From a candidate division FCPU426 bacterium (GTDB taxonomy: Bacteria; Oederibacteriota; PGYV01; Palsa-1178): a stretch of DNA of 64,000 nucleotides. Below the pieces are notes generated by a model that was given only the letters and a program-made list of their open reading frames with translations, ran no database searches and had not been told where the DNA came from. This document shows, piece after piece, positions 49,278-58,973 of the stretch (its first letter is position 1; every line of letters begins with the position of its first letter). The position numbers and the translations under genes are program-made. The stretch is taken from contig CAWIXE010000002.1 in NCBI GenBank assembly GCA_963840035.1, positions 1,152,001 through 1,216,000 of the forward strand. The letters are read 5' to 3'.

Positions 49278-49700
49278 CTAAACACGCTCCTTGGCCTTAT
49301 GTGTTTTAAAACTGAACGTTTTATGGCCGAAATAACTCAGCAAAGTCGTAACAGCCAGCCCTAAAATTCCGCCCAAATATGAGTTCATCTTAAGCAGGGT
49401 TATGCAGATAAAAAGTATGAGCAAATTAAGCAGATAACCGGCCAGGTATACCGCCAGGAACCTGAATAATTCCTTCATGGACTTATCCGGGGTCCTGAAA
49501 GTGAAATACTTGTTCCACAAATAACTGTGCGCTATCGCTATGACGCTTGAAACCAGCTGGGCGAGCGCGTAATGCATCCCCATGTATATGCATAGCGCGT
49601 ATAGCCCGTAACCCACCGCGGTATTTAATACCCCTACAAAAAGGAACCGCACTTTCATGTCGGCAAAGGCAGGCTTTAAGGCCTCCTTTATTTTTTGCAT
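49278..49700 (-). CDS. GtrA family flippase
   Basis: RFLFVGVLNT, SYLWNKYFTF, four TM helices, SYFGHKTFSF. Confidence 0.9.
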   Translation of the reverse strand: MQKIKEALKPAFADMKVRFLFVGVLNTAVGYGLYALCIYMGMHYALAQLVSSVIAIAHSYLWNKYFTFRTPDKSMKELFRFLAVYLAGYLLNLLILFICITLLKMNSYLGGILGLAVTTLLSYFGHKTFSFKTHKAKERV

Positions 49701-51031
49701 ATTGCCGTTATCTCGGAGGCGATTGTATCGAGCATGTCTTCATCCATCCCGGGATAAACCCCGACCCAGAACGTGTCATTCATTATCCTGTCAGTATTTA
49801 CAAGTTTCCCTACGACGCGGTAACCCCTGCCGCTTTCGCGCATTTCGTCAAAACAGGGGTGTTTTATGATATTCCCGGCAAAAAGCATACGGGTCTGTAT
49901 TGATTTTGCCTCGAGGTGCCTGACTATATCATCCCTTTTTACGGCTGATTTTTCCCTTACTGTCATTAAAAAGCCAAACCAGCTCGGCTTAGATTCGGGC
50001 GCCGGCTCCGGCAGTATTATCATCTCTTTTACCGCGGCAAGTTTTTTCCTGAGGTATTCCCAGTTTGCCCTTCTCTTTTCCACAAACCCGGGCAGCTTAT
50101 CCAGCTGGGCGCAGCCGATGGCCGCCTGCATCTCAGTGGCTTTAAGGTTATACCCGAAATGCGAGTAAACGTATTTGTGGTCATAGCCGCGCGGAAGCTC
50201 ACCGAACTGTCCGTCAAACCTGCGGCCGCATGTATTATCCTTCCCCGACGGGCAGAAGCATTCCCTGCCCCAGTCCCTCATGGATAAAGCGATCCTGAAA
50301 AGCTTCGGGTCAGAGGTGTAAACCGCTCCGCCTTCACCCATGGTCATGTGGTGCGGCGGATAAAAACTCGACGTGCCTATGTCCCCCATGGACCCGGTAT
50401 ATTTCCACGCGCCGTCCATGCGGTATTGCGAGCCCAGGGCGTCGCAGTTATCTTCTATCATCCACAGGCTGTTCTTATCGCAGAACTCCCGCACCGCTTT
50501 GAGGTCGAACGGGTTGCCGAGGGTATGCGCTATCATGACAGCTTTTGTTTTGCGGCTCATGGCCTTTTTTAAGCTGCTTATGTCAATATTATACTGCGGT
50601 ATGGTAACATCCACAAAAACCGGCACAGCGCCATACTGTATGATGGGCGCCACAGTGGTCGGAAATCCCGCCGCGACAGTTATGACTTCGTCGCCCCTTT
50701 TTATGGCCCGTTCCTTTAATAGCGGGGACGTGAGCGTCATGAATGCCAGGAGGTTGGCAGAAGAGCCTGAATTTACCAGCAGCGCGTGCTTTACGCCGAG
50801 GAAATCCGCGAATGACCTTTCAAACTTTTCAGCGTACCGCCCTGCCGTGAGCCAGAAATCCAGCGAAGCGTCCACAAGGTTCGTCATTTCCTTTTCATCA
50901 TAGACCCTGGCCGCGTAATTGATCCTGCCGCCCTTTTTATACGGGGGCTTCTTGTGGAAGGCCCTGTAATACCCTGCCGTACTTTTAAGTATCCCCTGCC
51001 TGACCCTGTTTTCCTTTTTGTCCGCGGCCAT
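49688..51031 (-). CDS. rfbH: CDP-4-keto-6-deoxy-D-glucose 3-dehydratase (E1, RfbH/DdhC)
   Basis: WLTAGR, NSGSSANLLA, AHTLGNPF, EDNCDALG, SFYPPHHMTMGEGG (His at the PLP-Lys position), RDWGRECFC...NTC, GYDHKY. Confidence 0.95.
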   Translation of the reverse strand: MAADKKENRVRQGILKSTAGYYRAFHKKPPYKKGGRINYAARVYDEKEMTNLVDASLDFWLTAGRYAEKFERSFADFLGVKHALLVNSGSSANLLAFMTLTSPLLKERAIKRGDEVITVAAGFPTTVAPIIQYGAVPVFVDVTIPQYNIDISSLKKAMSRKTKAVMIAHTLGNPFDLKAVREFCDKNSLWMIEDNCDALGSQYRMDGAWKYTGSMGDIGTSSFYPPHHMTMGEGGAVYTSDPKLFRIALSMRDWGRECFCPSGKDNTCGRRFDGQFGELPRGYDHKYVYSHFGYNLKATEMQAAIGCAQLDKLPGFVEKRRANWEYLRKKLAAVKEMIILPEPAPESKPSWFGFLMTVREKSAVKRDDIVRHLEAKSIQTRMLFAGNIIKHPCFDEMRESGRGYRVVGKLVNTDRIMNDTFWVGVYPGMDEDMLDTIASEITAICKK

Positions 51032-52086
51032 TATTTACCCTTCCCGAAATATGAATTTATCTGGCTGTCCATGCAGGCGAGCATATCGCCCTTATCCGCG
51101 TATACTTTGGACCACTCCACTGTCATTTCCACAGCTTTTTCAAGGCTTATTGCCGGCTTCCATCCGAGCATCTTTTTGGCCTTGGCGCAGTTAAGCTTCA
51201 GGAATTTTGCCTCGTGCGGCCCGCCGTCGCTTTTATTATGGCTTTTCATGCCGCAGCCCCATTTCTCGCAGAATATGTCCACAAGGGCGCCGTTGTTTAC
51301 AACCTCATCCTCATCCGGCCCGAAGTTATAGCTGCCGGCCAATTTTTTATCGTATTGTCTTTTCGCAAGCAGAAGGTATCCTGACAGGCAGTCAAGCACA
51401 TGCTGGTAAGGCCTTGTGGAGCGCGGGTTTCTGATTATTACAGGCCTGCCTTTCATGGCCGCCCTCACGCAGTCGGGCAATATCCTGTCCGCGGAAAAAT
51501 CTCCGCCGCCTATTACATTTCCGGAGCGCGCCGTTGATATCGCAGGAGCGCCTTTCCCCCCGAAAAAGCTGTTCCTGTAGCCTGTCGTGAGTATGTCAGA
51601 GCATGATTTTGAATTTGAATACGGGTCATATCCGCATAATATCTCGTGTTCCATGTAACCCCTGTCATGCTCCCTGTTCTGGTAGACCTTGTCCGTAGTA
51701 ACGTTTACCACTGACTTTATGGAGGCGGTGTGCCTGCATGCCTCCAGCAGATTTACCGTTCCCATGACATTGGTATGGTATGTGTATACGGGATTTTCGT
51801 ATGATTCCCTGACAAGCGGCTGGGCCGCCATATGAAAGACTATTTCCGGCTTAAAATCCATGACCTCGGCTGATAACGTTTTTAAGTTCCTTATGTCAGC
51901 CGTGGCCGAAACAACTTTTTTTCCGATACCCGCGAGCTCATACAGGCTCGGTTTTGTCGGCGGCTTAAGGGCGTAACCCCTGACCTTTGCACCGGCTAAA
52001 ACAAGCGCGCGGGCCAGCCATGCCCCCTTAAACCCGGTATGGCCGGTTATGAATACCTTTTTATTCCTGTAAAATGAAAGGTTCAT
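51031..52086 (-). CDS. rfbG: CDP-glucose 4,6-dehydratase
   Basis: ITGHTGFKGAWL, AAQPLVRESY, TTDKVY, DPYSNSK, RSGNVIGGGD, RPYQHVL. Start set at ATG 52086; the ORF track gives 52104. Confidence 0.95.
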   Translation of the reverse strand: MNLSFYRNKKVFITGHTGFKGAWLARALVLAGAKVRGYALKPPTKPSLYELAGIGKKVVSATADIRNLKTLSAEVMDFKPEIVFHMAAQPLVRESYENPVYTYHTNVMGTVNLLEACRHTASIKSVVNVTTDKVYQNREHDRGYMEHEILCGYDPYSNSKSCSDILTTGYRNSFFGGKGAPAISTARSGNVIGGGDFSADRILPDCVRAAMKGRPVIIRNPRSTRPYQHVLDCLSGYLLLAKRQYDKKLAGSYNFGPDEDEVVNNGALVDIFCEKWGCGMKSHNKSDGGPHEAKFLKLNCAKAKKMLGWKPAISLEKAVEMTVEWSKVYADKGDMLACMDSQINSYFGKGK

Positions 52087-52088
52087 CT

Positions 52089-52856
52089 TTACCATACCAT
52101 CCATGGCGCTTTATTGCCCTCGACCAGGCCTTCAAGATATGACCTGTCGCGCATGGTGTCCATGCACTGCCAGAATCCCCTGTGTTTAAACGCGCTCAGT
52201 TCATTATCCACGCCGAGTTTTTCGAGGACGTGCTTCTCAAGTATGGTGCTGTCATCTTTTATATAATCAAATATCTCCGGTTCAAGCATCATGAATCCCC
52301 CGTTTATCCAGCCGCCGTCTTCCTTGCGTTTTTCGGAGAACACGGTCTTTTTTCCCTTTATCTCCACGGTCCCGAACCTGCCTCCGGGCTGAACAGCCGT
52401 CACACTCGCTATTTTTTTGGATTTTTTGTGAAAAACAGAAAGTTTTTCCAGGTTCACGTCGGATACCCCGTCGCCGTAAGTCAGCATGAAAGTCTCATCC
52501 CCCACATATTCCCTTATGCGCCCCACCCTGCCGCCTGTCATGGTCTTTAAGCCGGTGTCAACAAGGGTTACCTTCCACGGCTCGGCTATGTTATTGTGTA
52601 TCACCATGCGGTTGTTGTCGGAAAAATCAAAGGTAACGTCGGAGCGGTGTAAAAAATAATTGCTGAAATATTCCTTTATCATGTACCCCTTATAGCCGCA
52701 GCAGATCACAAAATCATTATGGCCGAAATGCGAATAGTATTTCATGATATGCCACAGTATGGGCATGGTGCCTATCTCAATCATGGGCTTTGGCTTTATT
52801 CCGCTTTCTTCGCTTATGCGCGTTCCTGCCCCGCCCGCGAGTATTACAGTTTTCAT
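52089..52856 (-). CDS. rfbF: Glucose-1-phosphate cytidylyltransferase
   Basis: ILAGGAGTRISEES..KPKPMIEIG, VDTG..TMTGGR, LTYGDG, WINGGF, FWQCMDTMRD. Confidence 0.96.
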   Translation of the reverse strand: MKTVILAGGAGTRISEESGIKPKPMIEIGTMPILWHIMKYYSHFGHNDFVICCGYKGYMIKEYFSNYFLHRSDVTFDFSDNNRMVIHNNIAEPWKVTLVDTGLKTMTGGRVGRIREYVGDETFMLTYGDGVSDVNLEKLSVFHKKSKKIASVTAVQPGGRFGTVEIKGKKTVFSEKRKEDGGWINGGFMMLEPEIFDYIKDDSTILEKHVLEKLGVDNELSAFKHRGFWQCMDTMRDRSYLEGLVEGNKAPWMVW

Positions 52857-53058
52857 ATAGCCCTCCTGATATCATTATTATCACACCATATTTATTAATA
52901 ATAACATAATACCGCTTTGTTTTAAAGCGTTTTTTGGGGAAGTAACTTTCCGGGCAGGCATCAATGCCATTGTTTAAAAAGGCCGGGGCCGTGAAAAAAC
53001 AGTTTATTTTAAAGGCGTTTTATATTATAATCAATTATCAAAAATTGAGGAGAAACAT

Positions 53059-53757
53059 ATGAAGCCCAAAAAACTTTCAATAATTATGCCGGTATATAAC
53101 GAGAAAAAGACCATAGAACAGATGGTAAAAACCGTTGAAGACACCCCGCTTAAGGGCTACTTAAAAGAGTTAATAATAGTGGATGACGGTTCGACTGACG
53201 GCACCAGGGACATAATTAAAAAAATGAAAACCCGCTATAAGAACATAAAATTCATACTCAAGGAAAAGAATGAGGGCAAGGGCTCTGCTGTGCGCGAAGG
53301 GATAAAACACGTGACCGGAGACTACGCGGTCATACAGGACGCCGACTTAGAATACGACCCGGCTGATTACACCCGCCTTCTCGGCCCTCTTGAAAAAGGC
53401 TTCGCCGACGTGGTATACGGCTCGCGTTTTATCGGAGGCTCTCACAGGTCCTTCCTGTTCTGGAACTATGTGGCCAACAAGATATTGAATATCGTGACAA
53501 ACATACTGTATAACACCCTTTTAACCGACATGGAGACATGCTACAAAATGTTCAAAGCCGGAATCTTAAAATCACTGGTCCTGCATTCAAATGGTTTTGA
53601 GATAGAGCCGGAAATCACCGCTAAAATCTTAAAAAAGAAATATAAAATTTATGAAACCCCGATAAACTTTTATGGCAGGGGTTACGAAGAAGGCAAAAAG
53701 ATAAAAGCCAGCGACGGTTTTATCGCTTTATGGACTTTAATAAAAAACAGGTTTTAA
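53059..53757 (+). CDS. GT2 glycosyltransferase (Dol-P-Man synthase-like, soluble)
   Basis: IMPVYNE, VDDGSTDG, NEGKG, QDADLEYDP, YGSRF, TDMETCYK, FEIEPEIT, GKKI; GAGGAG RBS. Confidence 0.93.
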   Translation: MKPKKLSIIMPVYNEKKTIEQMVKTVEDTPLKGYLKELIIVDDGSTDGTRDIIKKMKTRYKNIKFILKEKNEGKGSAVREGIKHVTGDYAVIQDADLEYDPADYTRLLGPLEKGFADVVYGSRFIGGSHRSFLFWNYVANKILNIVTNILYNTLLTDMETCYKMFKAGILKSLVLHSNGFEIEPEITAKILKKKYKIYETPINFYGRGYEEGKKIKASDGFIALWTLIKNRF

Positions 53758-53794
53758 CCTCTTACTGACAAAACCGGCCGTACGATATGCGGCC

Positions 53795-53834
53795 GCAACA
53801 AAAAAAGCCGCTTTTAAGCGGCTTTTTTTGTTGC
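53795..53834. terminator. Bidirectional intrinsic terminator between convergent genes
   Basis: gcaacaaaaaaagccgctt-tt-aagcggctttttttgttgc. Confidence 0.88.
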
Positions 53835-53854
53835 ATAAATTTTACTCTTTTATA

Positions 53855-56233
53855 TCATGGTGTAACATTCGTATTGTTGTCAAACTGGGGCATTATCGCG
53901 AACTTTTGCGTTTTGCGCTCAAGCCTTCCTTCTGAATTCTTCGACTCGATTACCGCTATGTAGTAACCCGCGCCTATCGTATCCCCGTTGCTGGCCTTGA
54001 CATCCCAGGCCACCATGCCGTCTTCAAGTTTTGCCTTGAATTTCTTGACCTGCTCGCCGTTGATATTATATATGTAAACTGTAACCCATCCTGTGCCCAC
54101 ATATGTCCAGCCGATGATGATATGGTCCACCTTTGAGACTTCAGGGCCTTTATACGGGTTTGGCATGACCTTTATCTCGCCAAGCGTAGAAACCGCGGTT
54201 TCATTCAGGACTATGATAGTCCTGGAATCAACGCTGGTCCTGCCGGATGAATCCTTAAGTATAAACTGCAGCTCATAAGTTCCGTTGCCCACCCTTATGC
54301 CCTGGCTGTTCTTGCCGTCCCAATAAAGGTAATCAGGCCCTTTGCCGTATTGTATGGCAATCGGCGAAGCAACCTTGTCAAAACCAAGGACAGGGTTATC
54401 GTTATAAAGTTTTACGCTCAGTTTGTCCACTACGGGATTATCGATCCTGATAATCCTTACTGTCTCTCCCGCACTGTTGAAAATGGACATCTCAAGGTAA
54501 TGGTCCATCGTAATGACGTTAATGTCCTTTATTAATACAGTTGTATGGTCATATGTGTCCGTCTGTTCTATCTGTATGTAATACTTGCCCGGCGAGACTG
54601 TCTGCAGCGCCGAATTATCCGCCTGCCAGAACCATGATGTAGACCCGTTGCCAAGCGTGGAAGGGGTTCCGAGCCCCGGGAATTTCAGCTCAAGCGCCTG
54701 GCCCGGCCCGACTATATTTTTCGAATCCGTACCGACATACAGGCTTACGTCCTGCATGAGCTTATTGCATACATCCTGTGCTATCACCTTAACAAGCTCC
54801 CCTGCCTCGTTATATACGCCTATCTTTATGGTGTAAGGGAACGGGGGCCTGGTGGGCGTTATCGTCGGCGTGCTGGTTACGGTGTTAGTCACGGTAAATG
54901 TGGGCGTGGCAGTCCTTGTCGGGGTATCGGTGGGCGTCGCAGTCATCGTATCGGTGCTTGTGTAAGTCGGGGTTGCCGTCGAGGTATCCGTGGCCGTGTA
55001 GGTAAAAGTCACCGTCTGGGTGGCTGTATATGTCGGTGTAGCCGTATAGGTAAATGACTGGGTCGGGGTAGCAGTATATGTGTTGGTGTCGGTATATGTG
55101 GGCGTGGCCGTCCTTGTAGCCGTATATGTCGGAGTGTAGGTCGGGGTATAAATGGGCGTATCCGTAAATGTCGGTGTGGCTGTATATGTGGAAGTGTATG
55201 TCGGCGTCGCGGTGGATGTGTTTGTCGCGGTAAATGTGGGGGTATGCGTCGGCGTATTTGTCGGGGTGTACTGCGGCGTATTAGTAGATGTAAGCGTGTA
55301 TGTCGAAGTTTGCGTGTAAGTCGAGGTATAAGTGCTTGTGGAAGTATAGGTGTTTGTATATGTATAGGTGGACGTCATGGTATATGTCGAAGTGGACGTC
55401 CTTGTGCTCGTCGACGTGGGCGTATAGGTCACGCTCGGGGTATTTGTCGATGTGGGTGTAAATGACGGGGTGCTCATCAAAATCGGCACAAAAGCGCAGC
55501 TGGTGGAGCCTTTGGAATCATAAACGCAGTTCAGCTTCCCCACGGTCGTAGGCGACGCTGTCGCTGTAGGTATGGAACATGGCAATTTGCCCCTTTGTGA
55601 ATCAATTGTCCCGAGAGCATCAGTCCATTCCATCTCAAGTACTCCGCCCCTGAATAGCGCCACGTTGGCATAATTTGACATGACGGCCGGAGCCCTTGTA
55701 TAATCGTCGCAGGCCGGGTCCATGGGATTGAGCCATCCAGTGACAGCTAAATTCATGGTAACCGACGTCCATCCGCCGGGAGGTATGGCTGCCGCAGGCG
55801 TATAATCCTGTGTAAACTGCCATGTTGCCCCTTCGATGGCGCACGAGAACGCGCTTGCTGAAGCAGCGCCTATGCTGCCGCCATTTCCCTGATATCCCGC
55901 GGTCGAAGGATAAGCTGCCGAATAAATACCGCCTATCTGCGGTGAATTATTAAAAGGCGCGGCTGAAGAGTTTGTCCAGACCGCTATGGTAAAAGGGCCG
56001 GCAACGGGTGCCGCCGTATTATTTATGATGACGCAGCTTATATTCTGGCTCTGGTTGGTACAGCCGCTCTGGGTCTGCACGCACATAAGGTTAAGCCCGG
56101 CCGCTGCAAACAATGAAGACGACATGGCGCAGAAAACAGAGACAATCAGCGCAGCCTTCAGCTGAGTACGTGAGATAAAGCCTCTTTTACTGTTTGCCAA
56201 TTCCTGACTTTTCATGTTTTTCTCCCGGGACAA
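53855..56233 (-). CDS. Secreted protein: CBM3-like N-domain, long (Thr-X)n/PT stalk, triple Ig/FlgD/CTD-like tail
   Basis: Signal-like segment ending SSLFA; DDYT...NYANVALFRGGVL; about 200 aa of alternating Thr; PFPYTIKIGVYNEAGELVK, WDGKN, MPNPY motifs. The exact start is uncertain. Confidence 0.8.
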   Translation of the reverse strand: MSREKNMKSQELANSKRGFISRTQLKAALIVSVFCAMSSSLFAAAGLNLMCVQTQSGCTNQSQNISCVIINNTAAPVAGPFTIAVWTNSSAAPFNNSPQIGGIYSAAYPSTAGYQGNGGSIGAASASAFSCAIEGATWQFTQDYTPAAAIPPGGWTSVTMNLAVTGWLNPMDPACDDYTRAPAVMSNYANVALFRGGVLEMEWTDALGTIDSQRGKLPCSIPTATASPTTVGKLNCVYDSKGSTSCAFVPILMSTPSFTPTSTNTPSVTYTPTSTSTRTSTSTYTMTSTYTYTNTYTSTSTYTSTYTQTSTYTLTSTNTPQYTPTNTPTHTPTFTATNTSTATPTYTSTYTATPTFTDTPIYTPTYTPTYTATRTATPTYTDTNTYTATPTQSFTYTATPTYTATQTVTFTYTATDTSTATPTYTSTDTMTATPTDTPTRTATPTFTVTNTVTSTPTITPTRPPFPYTIKIGVYNEAGELVKVIAQDVCNKLMQDVSLYVGTDSKNIVGPGQALELKFPGLGTPSTLGNGSTSWFWQADNSALQTVSPGKYYIQIEQTDTYDHTTVLIKDINVITMDHYLEMSIFNSAGETVRIIRIDNPVVDKLSVKLYNDNPVLGFDKVASPIAIQYGKGPDYLYWDGKNSQGIRVGNGTYELQFILKDSSGRTSVDSRTIIVLNETAVSTLGEIKVMPNPYKGPEVSKVDHIIIGWTYVGTGWVTVYIYNINGEQVKKFKAKLEDGMVAWDVKASNGDTIGAGYYIAVIESKNSEGRLERKTQKFAIMPQFDNNTNVTP
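54845..55475 (-). repeat. Low-complexity (Thr-X)n coding repeat
   Basis: TPTYT/TATPT/TSTYT variants with 6-nt periodicity. Confidence 0.85.
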
Positions 56234-56269
56234 TCCCGTTTTTCTTTTGATATAACGGCAGACTTTTTT

Positions 56270-58621
56270 TTACGGTACCGCAGTCACCTTGCCGACCCAT
56301 GTGACGCTCTGGTTGCAAGTTCCTTTGGGGATATCCCCGAGGCTCCACGATACCGTACCTGTGCCGGGGCATCCCGTACAGCCGCCTGTGCAGCTTGTAC
56401 ACTGTACCCCTGCCGGAACAGGATCTGTTATCACATAATTATGAAGCACTCCTACGCTGTCGTTACAGTATGTTATGATCCATGTAATATTGTCGCCATT
56501 TAAAACAGGTGTTAAAGGTAACGCGGTTTTCGTTAAACCGGTTATTTCAGCGCAGATCGGGCTTGCGATTACCCTGTTCGACTTCTGCGCGATTATGCCC
56601 GTGCCGCCAATCCAGCTTTCATTGGTTATGGGGTTGCATGATTTGACCTTGCCCCACCAGGTAAGCGAACCGCCTTCATCCTGCAGATTGCCGAGGTTAA
56701 AAGTAACAACTCCGCCCGCGAACGACCCTGATTTCGGCGCGGCAGGCGTGTTCATTCCCGTATAAACGACTGATCCGTCGTTGTTATTAGGAAGCGTGTC
56801 CCATACAGTGGTTGTGGCCGCGGTAAAAGGGTTGTACACCACAAAATTATTATATGAATCCTTTGCATATTTCGTGGCATCGTCCCCGCCCTGCTCGGCT
56901 ATACCCGGCCTCCAGTTGGAGCCGTTATTGCAGTTAAGCGCTGTCCTTCTTGCCGCGTCCGTATCGTTCCATTCTATCTGGTATCCGCTCGGTTCCGGGT
57001 CGCCCTTTGGCCACGCCTTTGCCATGAAATGGTACTGGTTCGCCGGGTCAATCCAGATCTTCACGCGCCACCATTTGTTCGCGGTAATTGTCGGGTCCGG
57101 CTGGCCCGGTATGGCCACCGCTGGAGGCCAATAACATCCCGGCCCCGCGGTACAAGCCTGGAATTCTATATGGCCGGCGGTATACCCGCCGATGTTTTTA
57201 TCCACGGATATTGCCAGGCCGTACGCATTGCCGCTGGCAAGCCCGTCGTTCCTGATAAATATCATCGCGTCGGAACCTTCGTAACCGTTCGGGTCTATCA
57301 ACACATCCGTTTCTATGATGCCGCTGCACATTTTGGAAGTTGCTGGAAGGCCGTTAAACAATAACGCGGGATACTGTTTTGTGGCGCTTACCGAACCTGT
57401 TATGACCCTGTCCCCGGTGTTGCAGTTGTCCGCGACTTCCCACTGCCCTTCAGTCCCGTTTTGAGGAACAAAACTCCATCCGGGTACGGCGGGGCCACCT
57501 ATGCCGTATTTGCCGTATATGCCGTTTGGTATGTCGTCAAAAGGCTGGTATCCGACAAGCTCCATTCCGTTTACATTATATGTGAGTATGTAAGTGATGT
57601 TATCATCGTATGACGGGTTTGATTCGCTCTGGTCCTTTATAATGGATACAGCGGCCTGGCCGACCGTGTTTGTGGCATCAGCGGGCACGCTTCCAACCAA
57701 TGGCATGGTGCCTGTCGCGCTGTTTTTGTATTTTGTGTTGAATACCGGCGCTGTAGCCTGCCTGTATAGCATCCAGACAGTACCGCTGGCAGTACCCGCC
57801 ATACCTGTCCTGTCATACATGGTCCAGGAAAAATTCCCGGTGGACGCGCCGACGGCAGGCCCCGTAGCCGGCACGCCGGCTATGGATGTAGGGCCGAAAG
57901 AAACGAGCTGCAGCGCGCCGCCGTTAGGAGGCACAATATCGGTTATGGAAAACGGCCCGTTCCAGTATTCATAATCTATTGAAAATAAAACGAGGTCCCC
58001 GATTATCTGTACAGCGCCCACGGTCCTTTTGCTTATTGAAAAGCCCCTGGGTATTGTGCCTATGTTCCATGATAACGCCGGCGGGTCCAGTGCGCATACG
58101 GACGAACCGATCCATTCAGGGGCGTTAAGGTTTTGGTCTTTCATTCCGACATACAGGTAGAGTTTTGTGACGTTGCATCCTGGATAATAAGATGCCGGGG
58201 GGACATGCACGGTATATGTGACTGTGCGTATGGTGCTCTGGACATTATTATTGCAATCTGTGCAGTTGCCTGTGCCCGGCCCGTTCGGGTTCGCATTTGC
58301 AAGCCAACCTATCTCTCCGCCGGTCGTCGCCTGCGGCTGGGAAGTGGCCACATCTATCCCCGCCCTGCTCACCACAAAAACCTGGCCGTTTCCCGAGAGT
58401 TCAGCGCTGGTCTTAGTCGGCTGTGAACTGATGGCTATGTCTATCATGGCTGCGTTATAGTTTTGGGAGCAGTATCTTACGGTGATATCCACCGCATCCC
58501 CGAAAGTCGGGGTTGAGGGGTTCATGGTGACGCTTATGACCTTAGGACCTGCAGCAAGAAAAGCTGCAAACAGCATGAACGCCATCATAAAAACTGTATT
58601 TTTAAGGAAATTTCCGCTCAT
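56270..58621 (-). CDS. Secreted Cys-rich multidomain protein with DUF11-like Ig domains and a beta-sandwich/lectin-like core
   Basis: Signal peptide; ISKRT...GDLVLFSIDY, IIKDQS...DNITYILTY, LTKTA...GDNITWIITYCN..ITDPVPAGV...VSWSLGDIP; paralog of the N-terminal half of 58974-62864. Confidence 0.78.
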   Translation of the reverse strand: MSGNFLKNTVFMMAFMLFAAFLAAGPKVISVTMNPSTPTFGDAVDITVRYCSQNYNAAMIDIAISSQPTKTSAELSGNGQVFVVSRAGIDVATSQPQATTGGEIGWLANANPNGPGTGNCTDCNNNVQSTIRTVTYTVHVPPASYYPGCNVTKLYLYVGMKDQNLNAPEWIGSSVCALDPPALSWNIGTIPRGFSISKRTVGAVQIIGDLVLFSIDYEYWNGPFSITDIVPPNGGALQLVSFGPTSIAGVPATGPAVGASTGNFSWTMYDRTGMAGTASGTVWMLYRQATAPVFNTKYKNSATGTMPLVGSVPADATNTVGQAAVSIIKDQSESNPSYDDNITYILTYNVNGMELVGYQPFDDIPNGIYGKYGIGGPAVPGWSFVPQNGTEGQWEVADNCNTGDRVITGSVSATKQYPALLFNGLPATSKMCSGIIETDVLIDPNGYEGSDAMIFIRNDGLASGNAYGLAISVDKNIGGYTAGHIEFQACTAGPGCYWPPAVAIPGQPDPTITANKWWRVKIWIDPANQYHFMAKAWPKGDPEPSGYQIEWNDTDAARRTALNCNNGSNWRPGIAEQGGDDATKYAKDSYNNFVVYNPFTAATTTVWDTLPNNNDGSVVYTGMNTPAAPKSGSFAGGVVTFNLGNLQDEGGSLTWWGKVKSCNPITNESWIGGTGIIAQKSNRVIASPICAEITGLTKTALPLTPVLNGDNITWIITYCNDSVGVLHNYVITDPVPAGVQCTSCTGGCTGCPGTGTVSWSLGDIPKGTCNQSVTWVGKVTAVP

Positions 58622-58724
58622 ATATTTCCTCCAAATTTTACTTCATAAATTAGACATCGAAAACTATATATAGTTTCGGTAATTTTAAGGAAAACTTTAC
58701 ACATTTCTTATAAAACAACACCTT

Positions 58725-58753
58725 ATTTTATACAATTATAGGAATTATGTCAA
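58725..58753 (-). promoter_or_regulatory. Sigma70-type promoter
   Basis: TTGACA (58753-58748), 17 nt, TAAAAT (58730-58725). Confidence 0.65.
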
Positions 58754-58770
58754 ATATTATTAAGGGAGGT

Positions 58771-58969
58771 ATTTTCAATTTTAAATTTTCTATTTTCAAT
58801 TAAAATCCAGTACAGAAAACGCCATATTTTATTGATATTTTCTGTTTTACAGCACAAGATTTCACCCCTGTAGCGGCCGCATTTAATGCGGCCTCTGCAA
58901 AAACAACAAAACGCCAGTTTCCCGGCGTCTTGTTGTTTAATTGAAAATTGAAAATATAAAATTGAAAAT
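58771..58969. repeat. ATTTTNN heptamer inverted-array element, copy 4 (long spacer)
   Basis: Arms at 58771-58804 and 58936-58969 (right arm identical to copies 1 and 3). The 131-nt spacer contains two hairpins. Confidence 0.88.
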
Positions 58970-58973
58970 CGCC

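Noticed and set aside
56234..56272. Frameshift joining 56270-58621 to 53855-56233 at the T9 run
   Set aside because: The stop codon comes at the start of the A-run on the coding strand, and the downstream gene has its own signal-peptide-like segment, so two genes is the simpler reading.
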